DNA of 61,437 bases, filler included, from Sphacelaria rigidula (taxonomy: Eukaryota): the NCBI GenBank assembly GCA_964200075.2. It is 10 parts of 10 records of this genome, joined end to end, with 100 filler letters (N's around TTAATTAATTAA, not from the genome) between each part and the next. Parts side by side here need not be neighbours in the genome. Positions count along the whole stretch, not along the records: positions 12,309 to 18,362 come from CAXNAA020022540.1; positions 18,463 to 24,516 come from CAXNAA020022541.1; 8 more parts are not named here. One strand, 5' to 3'. A model generated the notes under the pieces. The model was not told the DNA's origin and ran no database searches. It was given only the letters and a program-made list of their open reading frames with translations. Both the position numbers and the translations under genes were made by a program. Position 1 is the first letter of the stretch. Each line of letters starts with the position of its first letter. Below, piece by piece: positions 13,090 through 24,616 of the stretch.

Positions 13090-14545
13090 GTAGGAGCATG
13101 TGGGGGTTTCACGGTCAACAAAGTCTACTGGGGCGGTTCTGTAGTAGTACCTTGGGTTCTCTGTTCGGCTCATATCTTGTTTCACACCGTCCGTCTTGTC
13201 CTCTGTACCGGGGGTAGTGCTGTCCAAAAAACTGATCTTGAACCGTACTGTGTCAGTTGATTTGCCGCGGGCAACAAAACAACATTGCGTTTTGCCTATG
13301 CGGGTATGCCTCTTGTATAATTTTGCACCCTCAGTGTCGCATGTTCGAGTTATAAAGGTGACGAAGCCTTGACGAATCTCCCCTCTGTTGCAGTTTATCG
13401 AGAGGTGCGGTACAGGGTACCGTGCACCGGGTCTCGGTACTGTTGTAGCACGTACTGGTACGGGTTCTGCGTTGGTCAGTGTCACGTTCTTTATCACCCC
13501 CTACGGTGAAACCGAGGCTTGGTGGAACCGACGGAGCTGATAATGTAAAAACCACGAAGCTGCGGGTATTCAGGTATGGGTATCTTTTGTACAGACGTCT
13601 GCCAAGAATTCCCGTACAGTTCGACTTTTACCAACTTCAGCGCGCATACTAACAAACTCACATAGGAGGTGCACTTGCCGTGCGAAGCTCGTGTTAATTG
13701 TGACCTTCCTTCTCAAACGCGGTCGCGCAGGGAACTGATACCATTAGTATGGGCCTTTTTCATATACTGCCAGTCAATCAGAAACTGTTCTCGTGAAGCC
13801 TCTGCATGTAGTCCCGACTCTTATATCCACGAAGGATCATGCCACCCTGAAGTTTGAGCAGAGTATCTTTTGCTGCACTTTTCCGTATCCTGGGTCCACT
13901 CGGTTTATTATGGTCCACACTGTGCCCTCACTGGTTCACAACGCAGCTGCAGGTGCTACTACTGTTGTAGCAGCAGCAGCAGCAGCAGCAGCAAGGACAG
14001 ATAGAAAGTGCATTATTAGCGCTAATATTTTTGTAAAACCCCGCCCCCTTCCGAGGCAGGACGTTTGTGGAAGGTCCCCTTCTTGTTTTCCTGGCTACCT
14101 GTACGTGAACGTACCGAGTACGACGGTTCGTTTTGCTGTGCGGATAATTGCTGCCTGCCCGTCTGACGGACGACCTCTACAGCCTCTGACATTGGGATTC
14201 CGAACATGCGTTCGTCCGCCTAGAGCCGGTTGTGCTCGGTGGTATTGGTGATTTTTAGCGCGACCAGCATAGAGGCTGTACAGCTGACCTCACAGGACCA
14301 GATTGTGTCCCGGAGTCATGTCCTCCGTGGAACTGACTTTCGGGGTGTACAAAATCTCAGTGAGGCTGTTCAACAATACCATCTTGGAAACGTTAGTCTT
14401 GTTATCTGAGCACACGTGAAAACACAAAGGACGGCGAGTCAGACCATGCGAGGTAGATGGTGCTGTGAGCGTATCACCTATTAATAGTACAGATAGTTTT
14501 TTTTCTTTTCTTCGAGCGTGGTTGAGTTTCGTTTTTCTTGGGTAC

Positions 14546-14620
14546 GTCTACTATGAGACCACGGCTGGACCCCGGGGGGGGGGTCAGTTAAAGTGCGACA
14601 ATCAAAATCATCAAATAAAA
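14546..14620 (+). mobile_element. Short retroposon 3' tail fragment (second copy at 45474-45537)
   Basis: GTCTAC.ATGAGACCACGGCTGGAC...GGGGGTCAGTTAAAGTGCGACAATCAA occurs at both sites and resembles the SINE A tail. Confidence 0.65.
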
Positions 14621-16873
14621 AAAATCAGATAGGCTCAAAGGGGCGCACGTCGGTACAGTACGGTACGGTACAGTACAGTACAGAATTCGCTTACTGGTGG
14701 GAAATAACTGAAATCAAATACATGAGCCCACATTATGGAAAATTGATTGTTTTTGTTTGATCTCTCCAGTCTTGGAGTATTTGACGCCGTTTTTCGCCCC
14801 CTATTCAGGACAAATTGTCATCAAGTACCTGAGTGACCATGCTTGACTTCACTGAGAGGAGCCTAGCCCACTGGTCCGATTGGCTAGGCTCCGAGGTTTC
14901 GAAAGCGGCCACACCACATCACTATGAGATCTGGCCTGGTACACGTTTGATCCTCCACTTGTTCGATATCCAACCCTCTGACTGCAAGTTTTGTCCTGTT
15001 GTCACCGGCATACTATCCCGGGCATGAAGAGGGAGAGAGTGTGCTTGATGAGGGTCGCGCGGGGCCGGGGGGCGTACTCATTCATGGCTGACCTTCGTCA
15101 TTTGACCATCAACCACGCATCCCTTCGAGACGGAGCACTTTTGAGGGGCGGCCGAGCAGGCCCGCAGATCAAGCATGCGTTTTCCAGGAATGTTTTAGGC
15201 CAAGCGGCAGGCCAAGGAGGCACAACACTTGTCGTTTCGATGGTTGGATTGATCAAGCGATACATCACGTTCTGTAGAGACCACCTTTTTTTCAGGCGAG
15301 CTGTATTCAACCGCTGGTGTCGCCAACACTGGAATGTTCAAGCACGCTCGAAAAAGAGGTTATTTCGGCTTTTTTGTGCCGTCTTCGCCACCTGCCTGCC
15401 GCCTCTCGAGTCAAAATGGCTGCCCAGCGTTGTTGGACGACTTTGCGGAGATGAAAACAGCGTAGACGCGCAGTGGAGAGCGATGTCACACTCATTGTCT
15501 TCTACTGTTGGATTTGGCCGCCGATGAAAACGTCTTTGTTTGTACGGGACAGCAGCAATCTAGTACATTTTTTGCAGTACAGGTGAAAAGGTATGACGTG
15601 AAGCGCAACGTCCAAACATGCACGCGATGTTTTGGCGCTGCCCCGAAAGTGCGAAGACTGTGTTAGCCCAGACAAACGATGTAGTGGTTACGCATATTGT
15701 ATCAGTAGCGGTTGGCAGTGTGCACCATTTGCACAGCATGTGCTGTACCCCCCACGAAAAATGTTTGCAGCGAAAATATACAACCGACTTGGCTCGATCG
15801 GCCAGGGGTTCTCCTGCACTAGTTTTTATACAAATCTTCAACGTCCACCTGTTGGTGCAAGGAGGCAAGGTACGTCATCGGAAAAAACAGTAGCTCCGAA
15901 GCCGAATTGACCATACGCGATACCTGGCGGTCAAGGGTGGGGGTTCACAGTTAAATAGTTGAGAATTCCCACTTTGAAGTCGTGCTCAAATGTTATCCGC
16001 GGAGTAAGAAATGAACGACCAAGAAGAGTGTTTATTCAGCCCTTCTGGATATGCAGCCCGAACATTCGACACGGGTGAGAAATGAAGAATCGAACCCGTC
16101 TGTTTTTCAAGTCACCGCGGGTCCAATTGACCATATCGGGGTTCCAATTTCGCTCCACTTCGTTTGAGTATTGTTACGCAACGCAGCGGTCTTGATCATT
16201 GTGGGTGTGCCTCATTTTCTGCGAACCCCGCCTCATTGAAAAATGGCGCTGTCACAGATATCAGGACACTTGACGAGGTTACAAGGCATAGCTGACAAGG
16301 GTTGGGTGACGAACACAGATCAAGTTCCACTTCTCCGTTATTCATCGGCAACATTGGAGATTCACCAGCTTCTAATCGAAACACGAGCCAGTCCAATGAA
16401 AATACACGGGTTCAAAAATGGCGGCAATTATAATAGTCATCCACGAAAATGCGCTCATGTCCATCGCCACAATGGGGTCCAGAGCCGTACCAGGAATTGA
16501 AATTTCTCTTCAGCGGGCCCGTACTGTACGGTATTGCCGTAGAGCTACATTGATATGTTTTCTGCTGTCTCTGCCGCACTCACGTCTCCCGGCACAGGCG
16601 AAGGGATCACTTGGCACGCGGTACCACGATCGTCTGTCGAGCGCAAAAATTACATATATCAGACAACATCCCCTGCTCTCACCATACAGCACAACTTATG
16701 TTGTGGGAGCTACGAAATTGCCTCATGTTGGATGAAAATGATTTCCCCCATCACAGTGACCATGTTGCGTGATAGTGGGTCAGTAGTGCGTTCAATGCGG
16801 TCAACGTTGAGATACTGTACTTGAACATGCAACAAAGTTGTGTTGTCTTACGATGGACTGCAATTCACCGCAG

Positions 16874-17046
16874 AGTATCGGTGGCTAGCGACGGGCAGCG
16901 CATTTGTATCCTCGGTGGTGGGTTTGGGGGACTGTATACCGCGCTTCGTCTGCACAAGCTTCCATGGCGAGGGAAAAGGCCGATCATCACGCTGGTTGAC
17001 AAGCGGGATAAATTTACTTTCTTGCCGCTGCTCTACGAATTTGCCG
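16874..17046 (+). CDS. NDC1: NDC1-type (type II NAD(P)H:quinone oxidoreductase) exon 2, FAD-binding Rossmann motif
   Basis: CAG acceptor and GTGAGT donor. Encodes RICILGGGFGGLYTALRLHKLPW...ITLVDKRDKFTFLPLLYE, typical of plant NDC1 and cyanobacterial NdbB. Confidence 0.88.
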
Positions 17047-17563
17047 GTGAGTCGGCAGAGATGTGACAGGTGTAAACTAATCGCACGTCTATTCAGCGAG
17101 CACACAACAATCTCCGCCTGCTACGCATAACTGTTGCTCCGCGAACATCGCAGGGAAACGCAGGATGTCCCGCAGAGCAGTGATACAACTGAATTGAATT
17201 CGATGCTACGTCGCCAGTAGTACGCAGGAATGACCTTCGTCACTGGTTGTGGCTGCGCGTGCTCCCAACACACTACACTCTCCATCGGCGATCGATGGGC
17301 ACTCACGGCGAGGCGTCCACGTTTTATGGCTTGGGCACACATCCACCCCTTATTACCTGTCGTATGCGTTTCGTGCATTCATGCATATGTAGGGTAGCAA
17401 TCTTGCAACGGTCAGTGTTATCGTATGGGCTGGCTTGTGCTCCTTTGACCTATCCATGTCCTGATACCACATAACGTTACTGTAGCAAGATCTAAGCGGC
17501 CACTCGTGTGAATTGCGCTACTTGTTTGTCACGTTGGTCGCGATTCCGCGCGCTCGATCCTAG

Positions 17564-17743
17564 TTGGCAACGCCGACCTGGACGAAGTGGCGCCCACGTT
17601 CCGAGAGCTGCTGAGGGGGACGGACGTGTCGTTCGTGCAAGCGTCGGTGTCTGACGTGGACCTGGAAGGTCGAGAAGTGTCGCTGATCGGTACTGTTGCG
17701 GACGATATCGACGGTTTCGTCATCTCTGACAACGAAGATGAAA
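17564..17743 (+). CDS. NDC1: NDC1-type dehydrogenase exon 3 (3' boundary uncertain: donor at 17744, alternatively 17690)
   Basis: TAG acceptor in phase 1 matches exon 2. Encodes VGNADLDEVAPTFRELLRGTDVSFVQASVSDVDLEGREV, which continues the NDC1 pattern (E(V/I)AP.F..LL..T.V.F.Q..V..(I/V)D). Confidence 0.82.
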
Positions 17744-18123
17744 GTGAGATGTTTGGATTTTGTGCTGTAAAAAAATCTTCGTTTTTCTTCGTTCAGGATG
17801 GCTCTTGGAAAAATAAGTCGGACGGAGAAAGTCTTGCTGGGTACCTGGTGATTTGAACATGAAATAGGACGTCCCTAAGCTGGTGTCATACAGACATTGT
17901 GGCTTCACATGTGGATAGATGCCGTGGGACGTGCTGCACAGGGGGCTTCACAGTCTTGGTGAAAACCCCTGTACAGGACTTTCAAAATCAAGTACCTTTA
18001 CCAGCATTTTGTATAGCGTTTTCTCGACACACTGTACTTGAAGCAGCACTGCGAAGGCACTCCCGATTTGAACATGTCAAATTATTTGTTACAAGATCCG
18101 TAGAATTCTTTATAAAGCCGAAG

Positions 18124-18274
18124 CTGCTCGAAATGAATCCTCATCTTGCCCAATTTTCAACATTGCGCAAAAAGAGGATTTATTTCGAACAGGTTCTGCT
18201 GTACAAATCCCATACACTGGCAGATTTGGATTTTGTACAGCAGAACCTGTTCGAAATAAATCCTCATCTTGCCC
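18124..18274. repeat. Inverted repeat / small foldback element
   Basis: GAGGATTTATTTCGAACAGGTTCTGCTGTACAAA (about 18173-18207) pairs with TTTGTACAGCAGAACCTGTTCGAAATAAATCCTC (about 18232-18265). A partial third arm lies near 18124. Confidence 0.85.
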
Positions 18275-18490
18275 GCCATTTCATCCTGCAATTGGGCATA
18301 AAGAGAACTTATTGCGCAGCTTCTGCTGTGCAAGTCCCCCATACTGTACTGTAATCGGCGTANNNNNNNNNNNNNNNNNNNNNNNNNNNNNNNNNNNNNN
18401 NNNNNNTTAATTAATTAANNNNNNNNNNNNNNNNNNNNNNNNNNNNNNNNNNNNNNNNNNNNGGCGGCGGGGGGGCGGGGCCGGGGGGGT

Positions 18491-18522
<32 letters not shown>

Positions 18523-21500
18523 GGGGGGAATATTACCACTTGGTGAATTGGAGAACTTTCTTTAAAATATATGGTCGACAAGTTCAACCTCCCAAGTGGT
18601 GATATCTTTGGCCGAATGATGAATAGTTCGCGGGCAATGTGTGACATGTGTGACTACTTACTGTAAATAGTTCGGCTCTATCGTACGGTGATTGTGAGCA
18701 ACAAGGTTCACAGTCGTTGCTGGAATATCTCGATTCGGACGATCCATCATCGTCGACTAAGCTTCACCAGGCAGTGTGCATGAGTCATGTGTGTGCGTAC
18801 ACTGTACGTGTATGTATTGTGCTTGTCTTGCCGCTGCGCCCATCCCTGAGAGCGCGTCCTACATACCAAGCTTGCAGTCGTTGCGGCCATGCACGCTGCA
18901 GGCTGCTACCAACTTTTCGTTTTGATGAAGATATACGGGAGATTGGGAGCGCACATAATATCTTGCAAGCTACGACGGCATAACAGTTGTCTTGCTGTAC
19001 CGATCCATCCAGCTGAGGACGAGGTGTACAGCAGCTCCGCTCTACCCCGTTATAGCACAACACGACAAATAAATAAGCCACCAGGTAACCACGGCGACAT
19101 TTCACAGAGCTCAATAAGAAAGAGTTAATCACGAAAGTATTACAATCTTTTGAGCCATCGGACCCTGACGGTCACCACTAACGGTACTGACGGGCACGAA
19201 CCATGCTACTAATAGTGTAGGGATTGAATGATACATATATATAGAGAGCGCAACAGATGTTGAGAAATATGATGCACCTGGTTAGATACTGTATGAACCC
19301 CACGTAATGTATACAGTACATTCAGCATTTTTCCAATCCATAGTTACGGCAGCAATGCTTTTTTGCACCATCTTAGCTTCCTCGCGAATACACGCGCGAT
19401 GCTGTATTATATATACTGCCATGCAACCACGTACGTGTGGGCGTTTCCGTATTGTTTATTTCCGTGTTGTTTATACGTTGGGTAGGTAATATTTTGTGAA
19501 TAATTGCCAAAAGCGAGGTCCCTCGTGTGTCAGTGAATGTGCGACAGGCATAACTCAATCAGCCAATCGATTTTATACAATCAAAGAAGAACGGAAACAT
19601 CGAACAAGCAGGACGGTCATGGGACCCAGCTCTCCCCTTTCCTTCCAGCACCTACCGCAAAAACCCATATTTCACTGCGCGGGCAACACAACATATTGGT
19701 TGTTTGGTGTTCGTGCCTCATACAGCATCATGGCGATGGCTGTTGAAGAAATCTCCTGCTTATTTAGGCTTCAAGCACATAATAATAAATATTGCGCGTT
19801 TTCATACTTCATGTGCGTTTAGTGGGAATCGGAGAGTCGACAGCCGCTTGGGCGGGGGTGGCGGGGAGGGGGTGGGGACGCACTTCTGTAGTCGCACTTT
19901 TCGTGCATGATGAACGAGTGCTTTGGCGAAACAATATTTTTCTTCCCAATGGTGGGACTCAAAAACACGAAAAAGAGAAGCAAATGGCAAGAAATATTAT
20001 CCACTGCACCTGTACCGCGTAAACTGTGCTCCGCAACATGTATATATATATACAGTATATGATGGCGACTGTTGCAGAGGGTGATACTCGGAAAATGACT
20101 TACATTACGCCACGAGCGAAGCATCAAATTTTCGCGTTATCTCATCGTCATGATTTAATACTTCGAGAACACACGCGTCTACGACTAGGGGCAAAATTCT
20201 GGAAGTTCGACACCTGTCCAGCACAAGGCTACTTACTGGGAAGATAACATCAAACGACAGGAGGTTGTTTCCATTCCTTCGCTATGGAGACAGACGCCGT
20301 TTTGTAGATGAGTTCCAATGAAAAAAGACAAGGAAGTGGAGACGAAGGAAATCAGAGCAATAGAGGAAGGAAAACAGAAGAAAAAACGCCGCATGTAATT
20401 ATCAAACACCAAAGTTTTCAGATCCTACATCATAGTGAAACCTACGACTTCTCAATATTCATCTATCCAATAGTTAATATTTGCCGAAAAGGAAAACTAC
20501 AGTACTGTACTGTACGAGTCCTCAATATTCTAATGTTCAAATATCCCTCGAGTACAAAGTACGGGGACATCTCTACTTGTCCAAAGGAAGGCGAACGCCC
20601 GTGGTCCGCACGAAGTCGCGCAGGGCCCGCCGCTTCTGTCTGCAGAACGCCTTGTCGAACTGTATCATGCGCTGCGCTCCCATTACCTGTGGTGGGTTTC
20701 GGTGTCAAAAAAAAAAAGTCAACATGAGAGGACGAAAATTAGTGGAATAAAAGCTAGCTCTTGAATCATCTCGACGTTGCAAGAGAAGCGTGGCTGACAG
20801 AAAAAAATGGCATTTAGATGGGACGGCAGTCCTCGACCATCTCCTCGTTCCTTCATGAAACAGCTAAAATGAAACACCGTATTGACCTAGGCCTGCGGAG
20901 AGAACGGACGCCTGTGTAGGAATTCAGACACGAGCGCTGCACCCTCATCAAGCATTCTCTTAGATTTGGTTCGCCAACAACTGATGTCACTACGAGAATG
21001 CTGCCACAGAAGGAGCTTGGCTACTGCATCGCGCATGATATGGCCATGCTTTAGGTAAGGGCTATAAGTTGACGGACGTGGTAGGCCCTGACTTCTACGG
21101 CACGCCTTACTTTTTGCCTTAGAGCCCCTTTTCAGAAAGGGGTTGCCTGAGAGGGGGTATGGCGCCTGAGATGCCTTGTTTGGGCGAGGCAAACACATAA
21201 ACTACAACAAAGAACAGAAGTAAGGCACACGAATGACGACGCCAACTCCAATTAGTCGAGATACCGGGGAGGCTGTCGAAGGCAATTCTAAGGCAAATCA
21301 AATCCAGAAACTAAGGCATCTCAGGCATGGATTTGACTTGTCAGGCATGGAATTGGGTGTCAGGCATGCCTTAGTTGTTGCCTGACCCCGAATGTTTCGC
21401 CTGCGGCGGGCCCTCATCCATTTGCCTTAGGCACGCCTTATCGGTTAAGGCCTAGGACGTAGTGTGGAGCACAGGTACGAAGGTACTCGTCGTTGACAAG

Positions 21501-22432
21501 GTCGTACAACCCCCGGAGGGCAACCACATAGCCGATATATTGCTCAGGGTTGCATACTGGTAGTCGCAATCATACGCGGCGGTGAAAGAACGACCATGGG
21601 CTGTTGCTGTTGTCGCGTGCATGACAGTGTATATCCGCTCTTTTCGGTGACGACACGAATCATGTTTCGTCGTAGACCACGTGTGGCGACGGGTCGTTGC
21701 GACACTGCGCTGAGGCTATGCAGCTACCGTGATTCATCTGGTGTGTCTTTGGCCATGGCTTTGTCGTCCGGTGGTGCCGCTGTACACCCGGCGTGTAGGA
21801 CTCGAAATGCGGCTCAAAATCAAATGTGATGGGATTTCATAGCACTCTGGACTCAAATAATTGATATTGCGCCGAACATTGCGAACCGTAACGTGGTTAT
21901 AGAAAAGACCCTTAAACCTCTGCCCGTCACGGGGTAGGTGTGTCAAATCTGTAGAGCACTCGCACCCAAATAGCCTACACATTCATGCTCCACCGCCGCG
22001 TCGAACCCACGCGCTAGGGTGCACACGACATGATCACCTGCCTGGCGTCGCATTTGCAGCCACAATAGTTGCATCAAACAGGTAGTTCGGTACAGCACAC
22101 CATCACATACAACAGTACAAGCATCATCATCGCTGGCGTACAGTTGGGTAAGATGGAAAGGGTGGCTTCGCAAGCATGATGCTTCCCCACGACTACCTCT
22201 CGCAATCTGCTCCTCCCTCTCTTTCCCCCACGAGCAGCGAAGCAAAAAACTCCGGGGTCTACATATAAATAAACTAAATATAAACGATTACATATTGAAT
22301 ACATAACAAACTAAGATATATCAATCGTTCAACCCATGACCGCCAGGGTCGGTGAGCCCGGTCCTACATTCGCTTTTCGAGAAACGAAGTCGATTCAACA
22401 GACGCACTCTGATAGCCATAACAGCTACAGAC

Positions 22433-22470
22433 TGTCAGGAGGTGTCAGGAGGTGTCAGGAGGTGTCAGGA
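22433..22470 (+). repeat. Tandem repeat (TGTCAGGAGG) x about 4
   Basis: Directly visible. Confidence 0.9.
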
Positions 22471-22517
22471 TTCTTGAGTGTACGCCTGCACGATCGCTAG
22501 TAGAGAGCAAAGGCTAG

Positions 22518-22770
22518 TAAGGGGCGTTATTCACGAGATTGTTTTTTTTCGATTTTTTCGACTTTTCAGAAAATTCTCCTACTTGAAGGAAAAAAAAAAT
22601 GATAAAAAAGCCGACTCTAGATTCTGCGAGTAACGTGTAGTCAGTCTTCAATTGTTCTGTTCTTTGACCTGGTTGAGAAATCTACTGTCACATTTTTCGG
22701 TGAGAAATTGTTCTTTTTAGAAAAACTCGGCAAAGTCGGAAAAAAAACAGACGCGTTTGAAATGACTCTA
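22518..22770. mobile_element. MITE family with three copies (also about 31505-31772 reversed and about 33410-33700)
   Basis: Shared core TAGTCAGTCTT.AATTGTT...TTT.ACCTGGTTGAGA.ATCTACTG.CACA.TTTTCGG, with imperfect T-rich/A-rich terminal arms. Confidence 0.7.
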
Positions 22771-24616
22771 CATCAGACGACATACCAAGACCGTTCACAG
22801 AATATAGTTCTACAGCGAGTATGAGTAGTGATAGGGAGGGAGCTCGTGTGACAACAAAAAAGAAGGAGCGCGAATTTTTGCTCCGACTGCCGAGGGGCAG
22901 GCACGCTACAGTACTGACTTGACGGTTGCCTCCGCGGCTGCTGTCCGCATGCGACCCAGTTCATCAAACACGGCGTCACGGCTTTCCGCTTCTATCTCGT
23001 ATTTCAAACCATACTTGTAGCACAGGGGAAGATACGTGTATTTGGAAGCCCTCATGATGACGATACTGTGCGTGTGTCCGTGCCGACAGCAGTCCGTACA
23101 GGACAGACTGTACAGCACTTAATATTGCACCCCCTCTTCTCCACTTCCTGGATGAAGCAATAGTGCAGCGACGAAGCAGCGCACCCCTGGACCTGACGTA
23201 ACATGCACGGCACGTTCATACAACCATCCTCCGCCACGGACATGTGCTGAATGAGAACGATCATCAAAGACTGCAGAATAGAGCATGCCGAATCGAGCGT
23301 GTACTGTACGCAGAATTGCTTGCATGTGATTTGCCGGGGGCCACACTACATATACTTGCACACATAGATAGAGATATAAATAGATAGATGGATACATACA
23401 TACTTCCTCTGTGCCATAAGTAAAGGTCCTTATGGGGTACAAATCATATCTCGCCAACCTAGTCACTCACGATACTACCGATAGGCTTGTTGAAAAGCTA
23501 CGGATTTGAGGATACCTCTTAAAAAGAAAAAAAGTTGAATCCGATTCGTAATTACTTAGAAATAGTGTGTCGAATATTGAGAATTTTGGCGGGTTTTCTG
23601 GGATATATTTGAGAACTATTATGAGAATTGCCTTGGTTTTAGTGTGGGGGTTCACTAGTATGCTGTTTTTAGTATAGGGGGCGCGTCATGGGTCGTTGAG
23701 TAGAGGGGGGGGGGGGCTAGGTTTGGGGTCAGGGATAATTCTTNNNNNAAATTGTGGTGGGGGGGGGTGTGGGGGGGGGGGGGGGGGTGGGGGGGGGGGG
23801 GGGGGGGGGGGGGGGGGGCTAGGTTTGGGGTCAGGGATAATTCTTGGTTTTTTCCTCTCGTTTTTGTCAGTGCCCCGCCCTGGAGGGGGGCAAAATACCT
23901 GCAAAATACGGCCTTTTTCAGGCCGACTGGTTTTTCCTCGGCCGCTCACGCACGCGGGGTGGTGCGTGCAACAAAAAAAAAAAACGGACTCTAACAAAAA
24001 AAGCTCCAAATATTTCAAAAAAATGGTCGCCGGCGGCATCGGACACCGCTAAAGGTCTGTGTAAACATAAGGACCTTTACTTATGGCACAGAGAAAGTAC
24101 ATACATACTTCGAAGTACATGGATACATGAGAACATACATGAATACATATTTGACATACACACATATACCTGCATACAGTATACGAAGTACATATCACCT
24201 GAGATTTGGGTTCTCAAACCCCAAACCCTGATAACCCAATATCATGACACTGGGAATCGCATTGCAAGCCGCCGCGAACCGCCGGTCTGACCGGTTACGG
24301 CGGAGTCGTGGGTTAGAATCCTAGCAGACACGCTATTAACCCTTTTGGGACCGGGCCTCCAGAACGACCAATGAGGCCGGTCAGGAATGACGTGTCTGGC
24401 GTCTAAACGAAACAGTCAAGTGTTGCTGAAAATCCCCGTATGTAACTGCAGGGTTATGACGAAGACCGAAAGTTTCATCTAGTCTGCTTTCAGGTGCAGG
24501 GTGCGCATTAGGTGGTNNNNNNNNNNNNNNNNNNNNNNNNNNNNNNNNNNNNNNNNNNNNTTAATTAATTAANNNNNNNNNNNNNNNNNNNNNNNNNNNN
24601 NNNNNNNNNNNNNNNN

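Noticed and set aside
22433..22470. Possible CRISPR-like or telomeric repeat
   Set aside because: Simple 10-bp tandem repeat with no spacers and not a TTAGGG-type motif.
23052..23267. Cys-rich ORF superficially like an EsV-1-7 repeat
   Set aside because: Lacks the conserved C..H...GM spacing and has no repeat structure.
23697..23844. Tandem duplication of GCTAGGTTTGGGGTCAGGGATAATTCTT around poly-G and a 5-N gap
   Set aside because: Typical assembly artefact at a G homopolymer. The Gly/Pro-rich ORFs here and at 7325-7455 and 18463-18528 are spurious.
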